DNA of 64,000 nt, taken from IMG/VR virus record IMGVR_UViG_3300028593_001674. One strand, given 5' to 3'. Position numbers and translations under genes: made by a program. Position 1 is the stretch's first letter. The number at the start of each line of letters is the position of its first letter. Under the pieces are notes generated by a model. The model did not search any database. It was not told where the DNA came from and saw only the letters and a list, made by a program, of their open reading frames with translations. The stretch is from an uncultured virus (IMG/VR IMGVR_UViG_3300028593_001674) (Duplodnaviria; Heunggongvirae; Uroviricota; Caudoviricetes). This document shows, piece by piece, positions 36,501 through 46,263 of the stretch.

Positions 36501-36953
36501 ATGAAAAAATATTATCTTGCCTACGGTTCAAACCTTAACATTCAGCAGATGAAGTACCGCTGCCCCGATGCAAAGCCTATCGGCACGACATTCATCAAGG
36601 GCTACGAACTGCTGTTCAAAGGCTCGAAAACAGGCTCTTACCTCACCATTGAAAAGGCTGAAAAATCCAAAGTTCCCGTTGCTGTCTGGGAGGTTTCGGA
36701 AGCCGATGAACGCCGCCTTGATGTCTACGAGGGCTGCCCGAATTTCTACTACAAAACGGAAATGGAAGTCACCGTAAACCGCCGAAAAATCAAGGCTTTT
36801 GTGTACATCATGCACGAGGAAAGACCGATAGGAATTCCGAGCAGTTCCTACATCAGAACCTGCGTTCAGGGTTACCGTGATTTCGGTTTCCATTTGAAAC
36901 ATTTGAGGCTTGCATTTGATATCAGCGAAAGGGGTGCGAGAGATGAAAAGTGA
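36501..36953 (+). CDS. gamma-glutamylcyclotransferase family protein
   Basis: YLAYGSNL, LDVYEG, AFVYIM. Confidence 0.88.
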   Translation: MKKYYLAYGSNLNIQQMKYRCPDAKPIGTTFIKGYELLFKGSKTGSYLTIEKAEKSKVPVAVWEVSEADERRLDVYEGCPNFYYKTEMEVTVNRRKIKAFVYIMHEERPIGIPSSSYIRTCVQGYRDFGFHLKHLRLAFDISERGARDEK

Positions 36954-37143
36954 TATCAGAGAACCGAGATTCTGCCCGAAATGTGGATGCAGCTACACGG
37001 AGCATCCTGCACTTTCCAGAGTGGATAACGAAGCCCTAATTTGTACTGATTGCTCAACCCGTGAAGCACTTGATGCCATCGGAGTTTCCACTGAGGAACA
37101 GGAGAAAATTATCAGCATCATTCATCGAAATTACGCTGAATAA
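36943..37143 (+). CDS. small Zn-ribbon protein
   Basis: CPKCG, PALSR, CTDC. Confidence 0.6.
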   Translation: MKSDIREPRFCPKCGCSYTEHPALSRVDNEALICTDCSTREALDAIGVSTEEQEKIISIIHRNYAE

Positions 37144-37354
37144 TCGCCACTGAGCCGCCACGTTGCCGCACGTTCGCCGTTCTGATTTTCCTCGCAAAGT
37201 TACCCCATACGCAGAACGGCGGCACACGGCACGTTTGTGTGGCTGTTGTGGCAAGGCATAAACTACACAATTATGATGTCTGTTTTTCCTCGATATTTCA
37301 TTGATTTTAGCCGCTTGATAAGTGTAAAAAACTATGGTAATATACACACAACGG
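37143..37354 (+). repeat. structured intergenic repeat, copy 1 (long hairpin plus promoter)
   Basis: aligns with 37792-38005; TTGATA(37315)-N17-TAATAT. Confidence 0.8.
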
Positions 37355-37398
37355 CAGCGGAGAACCGCACCGAAAAAACGAATTTGGAGGAAAATCAC

Positions 37399-37743
37399 AT
37401 GAAAACAATTGAACTTTTTGAAAAGGCAATGACTGAGGGAAACGAGTTCTTCAAGGAGAACAACATAAACCCTACGCTTTTCGCAGCCTACAGACAGCAG
37501 AAGGACAGCGGTAACGAGCTGATTGACTTCTCCGAGGTTATCTGGACACAGGACATTGAGCCAATCAGCGAATTTTTCAAGGCACAGGGCATTACGGAAT
37601 TTACGATTTCAAGCACCTTCAGCAGCCTGATTGAAACCCTCGCAGCCTTTGAAAAGCAGGGATTCTGCATGAACGGACTGACCGAGGTCAGGGCAAACTA
37701 CACCGACTTCACCACAGGGGGAAAGAAAATTATTCCCGCATGA
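37399..37743 (+). CDS. hypothetical phage protein
   Basis: GGAGG RBS; EFTISSTFSSL. Confidence 0.65.
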   Translation: MKTIELFEKAMTEGNEFFKENNINPTLFAAYRQQKDSGNELIDFSEVIWTQDIEPISEFFKAQGITEFTISSTFSSLIETLAAFEKQGFCMNGLTEVRANYTDFTTGGKKIIPA

Positions 37744-37766
37744 AACTGAGCTGAAGCAACGAGCCA

Positions 37767-37787
37767 AGGGGCGGAACTGCCGCCCCT
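37767..37787 (+). terminator. GC-rich hairpin ending the cassette
   Basis: AGGGGCGG-AACTG-CCGCCCCT. Confidence 0.5.
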
Positions 37788-37791
37788 GATT

Positions 37792-38005
37792 ATCGCCCAC
37801 CAGAGCCGCCACGTTTGCTCACGTTTGCTGTTTTAATTTTCTCCGCAAAGTTATCCCTTTTGCAAAACGGCGGCACACGGCGCATTTGTGGGGCTGTTGT
37901 GGCAAGGCATAAACTACACAATTATGGAGTCTTTTTTTCACGATATTTCGTTGATTTTAGCCGCTTGATAAGTGTAGAAAACTATGGTAATATACTACAC
38001 AACGG
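37792..38005 (+). repeat. structured intergenic repeat, copy 2
   Basis: aligns with 37143-37354; TTGATA(37965)-N17-TAATAT. Confidence 0.8.
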
Positions 38006-38050
38006 AAGGCAAGAAGCCTACCAAAAAACAAATTTCAGGAGGAAACAATT

Positions 38051-38320
38051 ATGAAATGGGAACAGGTTACAACAATGGAGCACCTTTGGAGCAACGGATG
38101 CAGCACGCAGGGTGCGGTGCTGAAATACGGCGACAAAGTTCTGGTGGCAGGGTTGACCCACAGAGGATTTGAAGCCGCCATTTACGAATTCATCGAAACG
38201 GAGGAAGAGACTGGTCTTTCCTACATCGAATGCCGTCTGAACCTTAGAACGACCGCACCGACACCCTTTGATGACGGCGGCGATGCAATGAAATGGTGCT
38301 TCGATCACCTGAACGACTAA
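38051..38320 (+). CDS. hypothetical protein
   Basis: AGGAGG RBS, own promoter. Confidence 0.65.
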   Translation: MKWEQVTTMEHLWSNGCSTQGAVLKYGDKVLVAGLTHRGFEAAIYEFIETEEETGLSYIECRLNLRTTAPTPFDDGGDAMKWCFDHLND

Positions 38321-38423
38321 GGCAATGGGGCTGAAAAATGCCCCTTTTCCGCTTTCTTTCAATGGTGTATATCACACAATAAAATGAGCTGATTTTCCCC
38401 GATTTTTCTGTACTTTTAGCCGC

Positions 38424-38452
38424 TTGCTATTATCCTCAAAAGACGGTATACT
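38424..38452 (+). promoter_or_regulatory. sigma70-type promoter, cassette 5
   Basis: TTTTAGCCGC then TTGCTA-N17-TATACT; upstream decamer shared with both repeat copies. Confidence 0.55.
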
Positions 38453-38505
38453 GTGTATAACGCAAGGGGGAAACCCAAGCGAATAAATTTTTGGAGGACA
38501 CGAAA

Positions 38506-38685
38506 ATGAACAAGAACATCGAGAAGGCACTGGAGAAAATCGCAATGGAAGAAAGCTACAGCATCGAGATAAGAGGAGGACTTGACGCACGTGACAACGA
38601 TGAGGATGATTTCAAAGAGATCAGCGTGACAGCGCTCCAGAGAATGCTCGAAAGAGCCTACCAACTGGGCAAAAACAGCAAGTAA
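38506..38685 (+). CDS. small hypothetical protein
   Basis: GGAGG RBS; LDARDNDEDDFKEISV..LERAYQLG. Confidence 0.65.
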   Translation: MNKNIEKALEKIAMEESYSIEIRGGLDARDNDEDDFKEISVTALQRMLERAYQLGKNSK

Positions 38686-38814
38686 CCAGACCGCCGAAAA
38701 TCACGGCAGCCCTTCGGGGCTGTCTCTCGTACTGCCGTTTTTCGTTTCCTCCGGCAGTACAATTCCTGCCGATTTTTCGGCTTATCTTTGTGTAGATTAT
38801 GATTCCAAAATGAC

Positions 38815-38843
38815 TTGCTATCCTTGCTTTTTTATGGTAAAAT
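38815..38843 (+). promoter_or_regulatory. sigma70-type promoter with no downstream ORF
   Basis: TTGCTA-N17-TAAAAT with extended TG. Confidence 0.5.
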
Positions 38844-38910
38844 ACATTACAATGGAAGAGCAATCTCAATTAAAAAAATCGCCCTAAGGGGCGTTCAAAA
38901 ATAACGTTTC

Positions 38911-38936
38911 AGACCTGATTTTTCAGGTCTTTTTTT
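38911..38936 (+). terminator. intrinsic terminator before terS
   Basis: AGACCTGA-TTTT-TCAGGTCT-TTTTTT. Confidence 0.7.
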
Positions 38937-38969
38937 ATTCTAAAAATCTCATGAAAGGAATGATGCCGT

Positions 38970-39440
38970 GTGGCTGTGAGAGGAAGAAAACCCAAACCTA
39001 CCGCCATGAAAGAACTGGAAGGCAATCCGGGCAAGCGACAACTAAATGCATCCGAGCCGAAGCCAGTAAAAAAAGCCCCGCCCTGCCCGAAATGGCTTGA
39101 ACCCGAAGCAAAAAAGGAATGGCGCAGGCTGTCAAAGCAGCTTGAACAGATCGGCGTTCTGACCGAGGTCGATCAGGCGGCATTTGCGTCCTATTGTCAG
39201 GCATATGCCCGTTGGAAGGAAGCCGAGGAATTCATGACGCAGCACGGCACTATCGTCAAAACGAAATCCGGCTACTGGCAGCAAGTTCCGCAGGTATCCA
39301 TCGCACAAACTTATCTGAAAATCATGAATAAGATCGCAGAGCAGTTCGGACTGACACCGGCGGCAAGAAGCCGTATCACTGCCGGTGCGGAGATGAAGGA
39401 CGCTTCCGATGATATGGAAAAACTGCTCGGAGGTGGATAA
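38970..39440 (+). CDS. terminase small subunit (P27 family)
   Basis: RGRKPKPT, GNPGKR, FGLTPAARSR. Confidence 0.92.
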   Translation: MAVRGRKPKPTAMKELEGNPGKRQLNASEPKPVKKAPPCPKWLEPEAKKEWRRLSKQLEQIGVLTEVDQAAFASYCQAYARWKEAEEFMTQHGTIVKTKSGYWQQVPQVSIAQTYLKIMNKIAEQFGLTPAARSRITAGAEMKDASDDMEKLLGGG

Positions 39441-42106
39441 TGGCGAGAACCGCAAAAGCAAGAGAAAGACCGAAAAATTATCCGAAGCTGACAGACTACA
39501 ATCCCTCACGCTTCATGCTGCCGGATTCGCACTACGATGCAGAAAAGGCAGACAGGGCTGTTCGTTTTATCGAAAACCTCTGCCATACCAAAGGTCGCTG
39601 GGCGGGTAAACCGTTCTGGCTGCTGCCTTGGCAGGAGCAGATCATACGGGATATTTTCGGTATCGTCAAGGAGGATGATACACGGCAGTTTCGGACGGTG
39701 TATGTCGAGATCCCTAAGAAAAATGGAAAACAGCTTGCATTGGATACACCTATCCCGACTCCGCAGGGATTCACCAATATGGGTGACCTGAAAGTCGGTG
39801 ATACTGTATTTGACGAAAACGGTAAGCCGTGTCATGTCATTGCGAAAAGCCCTGTAGATGATACGGAACAAGCGTATAAGTTGACTTTCAAGGACGGCAG
39901 TTCGATCATTGCAGGAGAACGGCATTTGTGGAATTGCCAGTATATTTACGGAAAACGCAGAGATGTCCTGTGGACAACGGGTGAAATATATCGCCGAACG
40001 ACGGAATATAGGGAACGGTTTTCTGACAGACCGCAGGCATTCAGAGATTCACTTATCAGAATCCCTGTTTGTGGTGTGCTTCAAACAACAAAGGCTGACC
40101 TTCCCGTTGATCCATACCTTTATGGCTACTGGCTCGGAAACGGCAATGCAATGAAGCCGGAGATCACGATAAGAACGGAGGATGTTGATGATGTAATATC
40201 GTTTATCCCGTATAAGCCACACAATCGTTATCCGCAGAAATGCGGCGGCAGCGAAATTGTAAAATACAATGAGCTGAAACCAATATTGCTGGATTCATTT
40301 CGTGAAAAGAGAATCAGACCTGAGTATCTGAGAGCATCAGAACCTCAGCGATGGACGCTCCTACAGGGGTTAATGGATTCAGATGGCTGCATAGGTGAGC
40401 GTAAGGGTCAAAGTGTATATGTTACCACATTGCAGGATCTTGCGCTATCTGTCCGAGAACTGCTGTAGTCACTCGGAATCAAAAACGCAGTCAAATGCGA
40501 ACCTTCTACGCGGCATGGTTGGCCTACCGGCGAAATACTGTATATCATTCGTTTCACCACTTTCGATAATCAGCCAACAACAAGACTGATAAGAAAAGGT
40601 GTAAGATCACGCATGAGGACAAGAGATACACGTTCCTGCTATCATTATCTGCTGGATATTCAACCTTTGGATTATCCTGTGAAGATGCAGTGCATTCAGG
40701 TGGACAGCCCAAGTCATCAATATCTCGCAGGTACTTCAATGATACCTACGCACAACAGTGAGCTTGCCGCAGCGATAGCGCTGTATCTGCTTTACGCCGA
40801 CAACGAGCCATCCGCCGAGGTATACGGTGCGGCAGCAGACCGTCAGCAGGCTTCTATCGTGTTTGAGGTTGCAAAGCGAATGGTAGAATTAACGCCTGCG
40901 CTCCTGAAACGCTCCAAAATTATGGCGGCAACAAAGCGGCTTGTGAACTACAGCAATGTGGGATTTTATCAGGTTTTATCGGCGGAAGTCGGAACAAAGC
41001 ACGGTCTGAATGTATCTGGGCTTGTTTTGGATGAGCTTCATGTGCAGCCTAATCGAAATTTAGTGGATGTTCTCACAAAAGGTTCCGGCGATGCACGTAC
41101 TCAACCGCTGTACTTTCTTATCACAACTGCCGGAACTGACAGGAATTCTATCTGCTTCGAGTACCACACAAAAGCGCAGGATATTCTGAAAGGACGGCGC
41201 ATTGATCCGTCTTTTTATCCGGTTATTTATGGGCTTGATGACGGCGACGACTGGAACGCAGAAGAATCGTGGTACAAAGCAAATCCCTCGCTGGGTCATA
41301 CTATCACAATTGACCGTGTGCGGGATGCGCACCGTGAGGCACTCACAAATCCGGCGGAAGAAAATGTATTCCGTCAGCTTCGTCTTGATCAATGGGTTGG
41401 CAGTTCAGTTGCATGGATTCCGGAGCATATTTACGACAAAGGAAATATTCCGATTGATTTGGAATTGCTCCGTGGGCGAGAGTGCTATGCAGGACTTGAT
41501 CTTTCCAGCACAAGTGACATAACCGCTTTTGTACTGGTGTTTCCACCTCTCCACGAGGGTGATAAATACATCGTTGTTCCTCATTTCTGGCTGCCGAGGG
41601 ATACGCTCAACCTACGTGTCCGCAGAGATCACGTTCCCTACGATGTGTGGGAGCGAATGGGACTTTTCCACATCACAGAGGGCAATGTTGTGGACTATAA
41701 CTTCGTGCGAAAAACGGTCAACCAACTGCATGAGATCTATAACATCAAAGAAATCGCAGCAGACCGCTGGAATGCCACACAGCTAATTACCGATTTACAA
41801 GGCGATGGATTTACCGTTGTTCCTATGGGAATGGGCTTCAAAGATATGTCGCCGCCGATGAAAGAGCTGTACAAGCTGCTGTTAGAGGGAAAATTTATTC
41901 ACGGCGGCAATCCTGTTTTGCGGTGGATGGCTGGAAATGTTGTTGCGGAAATTGATGCGGCGGAAAATATCAAGCCGAGCAAGAAAAAATCCACTGAAAA
42001 AATAGACGGCATTGTGGCATGGATCATGGCGCTTGATCGCTGTATCCGTCATGAGATGCAGGGCAGCGTTTATGATGATCCCGACCATGATCTGGTCATT
42101 ATTTAA
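39440..42106 (+). pseudogene. terminase large subunit with intein; in-frame TAG at 40466-40468 inside the intein
   Basis: IPKKNGK/SE Walker A, LDELH, ITTAG, GLDLSST, KIDG; both ORF pieces in the same frame. Confidence 0.85.
39731..40756 (+). mobile_element. class-3-type intein in TerL with LAGLIDADG endonuclease, interrupted by a stop
   Basis: starts with Gln (QLALDTPIPT); HLW, MQCIQV, PTHN followed by Ser; GYWLGNG and QGLMDSDG. Confidence 0.88.
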
Positions 42107-42119
42107 GGAGGGCGATAAT

Positions 42120-43418
42120 ATGGGATTTATGAGTTGGCTTGGATTCGGAAAGCCGAGAGACGCGCCGAAAATCCCCGATATTTCGGACAATGTCCGTGAT
42201 TCGGGTAATCTGTTTGTTTTCGGCATGACGCACAGCGGTGAGCGTGTGGACGAGCGAACTGCAATGCAGATCGTAACCGTTTATGCCTGCGTCAGACTGC
42301 TCTCAAATACGATCGCAGGACTTCCCCTGCACCTCTACAGATACACCGGCAAGGGCGAGGATAAGGAGTTAGCGTTCGATCATCCGCTATATAAAATTTT
42401 GTATCGTCAGCCCAATCCCGAAATGAGTTCCTTTTCATTCTGGGAGGCTCTGATGTGCCATTTATTGCTGTGGGGTAACGCCTATGCGCAGATCGTCCGG
42501 GACGGCAAAAACGGCATTTTAGGGCTGTATCCGCTGCTGCCGGAGAATGTGGAGATCGACCGTGACAAAAATGGAAACCTATTCTACACTTACCACGCTT
42601 ACACAGACGAAAAGCCCGGCGAGCATGACAAGGACATCATTTTTCAGCGTGATGAAATTCTTCACATTCCGGGTTTGGGATTCAACGGACTGGTGGGATT
42701 TTCGCCCATTGCCATGATGAAAAATGCGCTGGGTTCGGCAATGGCAGTGGAGCGATACGGCAATGCTTTCTTCAAAAACGGCGCGCAGCCTGCCGGAGTT
42801 CTGGAGCATCCGGGGGTTCTCAAAAATCCTGAGAAGATCAGGGAGAATTGGTCACGAGTTTACGGCGGTGCAAGAAATGCTCATCGCATTGCAGTTTTAG
42901 AGGAGGGCATGTCCTACAAACCGATCTCACTTCCGCCCGAAGATTCGCAGTTTTTGTCGACTCGTGAATTTGACGTGGAGGAGATCTGCCGTATGTTTCA
43001 GGTACCGCCCCATCTGGTGCAGGACTTGAAACGCAGCACTTTCAACAACATCGAAAATCAAGGCATCGCATTTGTGCAGTATTCCTTGATGCCGTGGATC
43101 ATCCGCATTGAAAAGGGCATTATCAAAGATCTGCTTTTAGAGGAAGAACAGGATATTTACTTTCCAAAATTCAACGTGGACGGACTGATGCGCGGCGACT
43201 ATCAATCCCGCATGAACGCTTATGCGATCGGTGTGGGAAATGGCTTCTTTTCGCCAAATGATGTGCGCCGTCTTGAAAATATGGATTTGATTCCCGACGA
43301 ACAGGGCGGCAATGATTTCTACCTCAACGGGAGCTACAATAAATTGCAGGATGCGGGTGCGGCATATGCCGTAAATCAGCCGAAAACAAACGATAATACG
43401 TCAGAAAATGAAGAATAA
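42120..43418 (+). CDS. portal protein (HK97 family)
   Basis: VYACVRLLS, LLWGNAY, GFSPI, ICRMFQVPP. Confidence 0.93.
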   Translation: MGFMSWLGFGKPRDAPKIPDISDNVRDSGNLFVFGMTHSGERVDERTAMQIVTVYACVRLLSNTIAGLPLHLYRYTGKGEDKELAFDHPLYKILYRQPNPEMSSFSFWEALMCHLLLWGNAYAQIVRDGKNGILGLYPLLPENVEIDRDKNGNLFYTYHAYTDEKPGEHDKDIIFQRDEILHIPGLGFNGLVGFSPIAMMKNALGSAMAVERYGNAFFKNGAQPAGVLEHPGVLKNPEKIRENWSRVYGGARNAHRIAVLEEGMSYKPISLPPEDSQFLSTREFDVEEICRMFQVPPHLVQDLKRSTFNNIENQGIAFVQYSLMPWIIRIEKGIIKDLLLEEEQDIYFPKFNVDGLMRGDYQSRMNAYAIGVGNGFFSPNDVRRLENMDLIPDEQGGNDFYLNGSYNKLQDAGAAYAVNQPKTNDNTSENEE

Positions 43419-43431
43419 TGGAGGAGATAAT

Positions 43432-44334
43432 ATGCAGAAATTCTGGAACTGGATCCACGATGACAGCGGCGGCAGGGTTCTCCGCCTTGAAGGACCTATC
43501 GACTCGGAGTCGTTCTGGGGCAATGAGATCACGCCGCAGGATTTCCGTGACGAGCTGTACGCAGAGGAGGGAGACATCACTCTTTGGGTCAACTCGCCCG
43601 GCGGCAACGTTTTTGCGGCAGCCGAAATTTACACGATGATTCGGGATTATCCGCACAAGATCACTGTGAAAATTGCAAGCATCGCAGCATCGGCAGCAAG
43701 CGTGATCGCAATGGCTGGAGATACCGTGCAGATGTCACCGATAGCTTTGTTAATGGTGCATGATCCGTCCACAATCGCTATGGGAAACGCCAAGGACATG
43801 GAAAAAGCAATCAGCACTTTGAATGAAGTCAAGGAGAGCATTATCAACGCATACGCCGCAAAGACGGGACTTTCCCGAAGTAAAATTTCAAAGCTGATGA
43901 GCGATGAGACATGGATCAATGCGAAAAAAGCTGTGGAGTTAGGCTTTGCGGATGAAATTCTCTTTGACGAAAAATCGAAAGAAAAGCCCGATGATGAGCC
44001 GGAAGAACCCGACAAGCCGGATGAGGAAGGCGGTGACGATGAAGGAGATGAAGAGAAAAAAGAACCTGACAAGGAGAAGAAGCCGTTTAAGTTGGACACC
44101 GATGCCCTTTGGCAGTACAGTACCCGTATCATGGGACAGACCATTCTGGGAAAAATCGGCGCATACTGCAAAAATCCGGACGAAAACAACAGTGCCGATA
44201 ACACGCCGAAATCTTCCGAGAAAGGGCTGACTGTCACAATGCCGGATATGCCTGTGATCGGCATGGACGGCAAAACTGCTGACGGCTCTATGCCGTATGA
44301 AATTCTTAGGAAACAGCTTGCTTTCATGAAATAA
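43432..44334 (+). CDS. ClpP-like head maturation protease
   Basis: NSPGG, AASAAS, MVHDP, ETW..AVELGFAD. Confidence 0.92.
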   Translation: MQKFWNWIHDDSGGRVLRLEGPIDSESFWGNEITPQDFRDELYAEEGDITLWVNSPGGNVFAAAEIYTMIRDYPHKITVKIASIAASAASVIAMAGDTVQMSPIALLMVHDPSTIAMGNAKDMEKAISTLNEVKESIINAYAAKTGLSRSKISKLMSDETWINAKKAVELGFADEILFDEKSKEKPDDEPEEPDKPDEEGGDDEGDEEKKEPDKEKKPFKLDTDALWQYSTRIMGQTILGKIGAYCKNPDENNSADNTPKSSEKGLTVTMPDMPVIGMDGKTADGSMPYEILRKQLAFMK

Positions 44335-44389
44335 GCGGGCTGTTATTTTTATGCGATACCGGAAAATTCCGGAGAAATGGAGAAAAGAT

Positions 44390-45613
44390 ATGAGCAAAAT
44401 TATGGAACTTCGCAGCAAACGAAATACCCTGTGGGAGCAGACAAAGGACTTCCTTGAAAAACACCGTGGCGAGAACGGTCTTGTGGAAGCTTCCGCTGTC
44501 GAGCAGTACAACAAGATGGCAAGTGAGGTGCAGGCTCTCGGCGCAGAGATCGAGCGTCTGGAACAGCAGGCTGCCGTGGATGCTGCGCTTTCTGCACCAA
44601 CTTCAAAACCTGTCAACAATGCGCCCAATCAGTCTGCATCCAAAGCGGAGGGAACTGCAAGTGACGAGTACAAAAACGCCTTCTGGGATATGATCCGCAA
44701 CAAGGGAGATCAGTTCGCCGTCCGCAATGCCCTTTCTGTCGGCGAGGACACCGAGGGCGGCTACACTGTTCCCCCGGAGTTTGAACGCCGTCTGATTCAG
44801 GCTCTTGAGGAAAACAACATCTTCCGCCAGATGGCGACTGTCATCAAGACAAATTCCGGCACTCGCAAAATTCCTATCGCCAACGATACGATGGAGGCCC
44901 AGTGGATCGACGAGGGCGAGGAGATTCCCGAAACTGATACAAAGTTCGGACAGACAACCCTTTCCGCTTACAAACTGGGTACGATGATCAAGATCAGTAA
45001 CGAGCTGCTGCACGATTCCGCTTTCGACCTTGCAAGCTATATCGCCACTCGTTTCGGCGTAGCAATGGGAAATGCGGAGGAGCGCGCATTTTTCACAGGT
45101 GACGGCGACAAAAAGCCTCTCGGAATCCTTGCGGAAACAGGCGGCGCAGAGCTTGGTGTAACTTCTGCATCTCAGACGGCGATCACTTTTGATGAGATTT
45201 TCGACCTCTACTACAGCCTGAAATCGCCCTACCGCCGCAATGCGCAGTTCATCTGTAACGAGACGCTTCTTCTCCAGCTTATGAAGCTGAAGGACAAAAA
45301 CGACAACTATATTTGGAAGCCCAGCCTTGATATCGCCAAGCCCGATACCATTCTCGGCAGACCTGTCCACACCAGTTCCTTCATGCCCACAGTCGGCAAG
45401 GGCGAGCGTGTTCTTCTCTTCGGCGACCTGAAAAATTACTGGGTTGCCGACCGTCAGAACCGCACCTTCCGCCGCCTGAACGAGCTGTATGCACGCACAG
45501 ATCAGGTAGGCTTTATGACGACTCAGCGTGTGGACGGCAGGCTGATCCTGCCTGAATCCGTTAAGGTTCTGAAAATGGCAGGAAGTAAGGCGACTACAGG
45601 CGGTACAACCTGA
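44390..45613 (+). CDS. major capsid protein (HK97 fold)
   Basis: GGYTVP, ISNELLHDS, GDGDKKPLG, LKDKNDNYIW, RVDG. Confidence 0.93.
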   Translation: MSKIMELRSKRNTLWEQTKDFLEKHRGENGLVEASAVEQYNKMASEVQALGAEIERLEQQAAVDAALSAPTSKPVNNAPNQSASKAEGTASDEYKNAFWDMIRNKGDQFAVRNALSVGEDTEGGYTVPPEFERRLIQALEENNIFRQMATVIKTNSGTRKIPIANDTMEAQWIDEGEEIPETDTKFGQTTLSAYKLGTMIKISNELLHDSAFDLASYIATRFGVAMGNAEERAFFTGDGDKKPLGILAETGGAELGVTSASQTAITFDEIFDLYYSLKSPYRRNAQFICNETLLLQLMKLKDKNDNYIWKPSLDIAKPDTILGRPVHTSSFMPTVGKGERVLLFGDLKNYWVADRQNRTFRRLNELYARTDQVGFMTTQRVDGRLILPESVKVLKMAGSKATTGGTT

Positions 45614-45631
45614 TAAGAACGGAGGGCAGCT

Positions 45632-45910
45632 ATGAGTTTGCTTTCACTGCCGGAAACGAAAAATTATCTCCGTGTTGACAACTGTGAGGATGACAAGCTC
45701 ATCCTCACGCTGATCGACACTGCGCATCGGCTTGTAATGGATGTGGGGCGCATGGACGAAAAGCAGCTTGCAGAGAATGAGGAAACCTCACGTCAGGCTA
45801 TGCTTTACACAGTTTCCTACCTCTACGAAAACCGAAATACTGCGGATTTTCACAAGCTGACTCTCACCTTGCGTTCCATTTTATTTGCACAGCGTGAAGG
45901 AGTGATTTAG
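45632..45910 (+). CDS. head-tail connector (gp6-like)
   Basis: KNYLRVD..DDKLI, YLYENR. Confidence 0.88.
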   Translation: MSLLSLPETKNYLRVDNCEDDKLILTLIDTAHRLVMDVGRMDEKQLAENEETSRQAMLYTVSYLYENRNTADFHKLTLTLRSILFAQREGVI

Positions 45911-46263
45911 TGGAAATCGGGAAATTAAATCAGCGTATCACGATTTTAGCGCAATCGACACATGTCGATAACATTGGAAATCACAAGGCTCAGTGGGAGG
46001 AATTATTCTCCTGCTGGGCTGCTGTTTCGGTGAAAAACTCGGCTGAAAATTCCGATAACGGCACTACAAAAGAGGTGCAGACATTGCAGTTTATGATCCG
46101 GCAAAATAATATGACAATGGGAATTACTACAACTGCAAACCGCATTTCTTTTCGTGGTATTCTGTATGATATTATCGGAATATCGCCAAATTATGAGTAT
46201 CGTGATTATCTGAAAGTCACTGCAAAAGCAAGGAAAGCAGGTGCTTCTGATGACCAGTATTGA
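45910..46263 (+). CDS. head closure protein
   Basis: IGKLNQRITI; synteny. Confidence 0.8.
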   Translation: MEIGKLNQRITILAQSTHVDNIGNHKAQWEELFSCWAAVSVKNSAENSDNGTTKEVQTLQFMIRQNNMTMGITTTANRISFRGILYDIIGISPNYEYRDYLKVTAKARKAGASDDQY

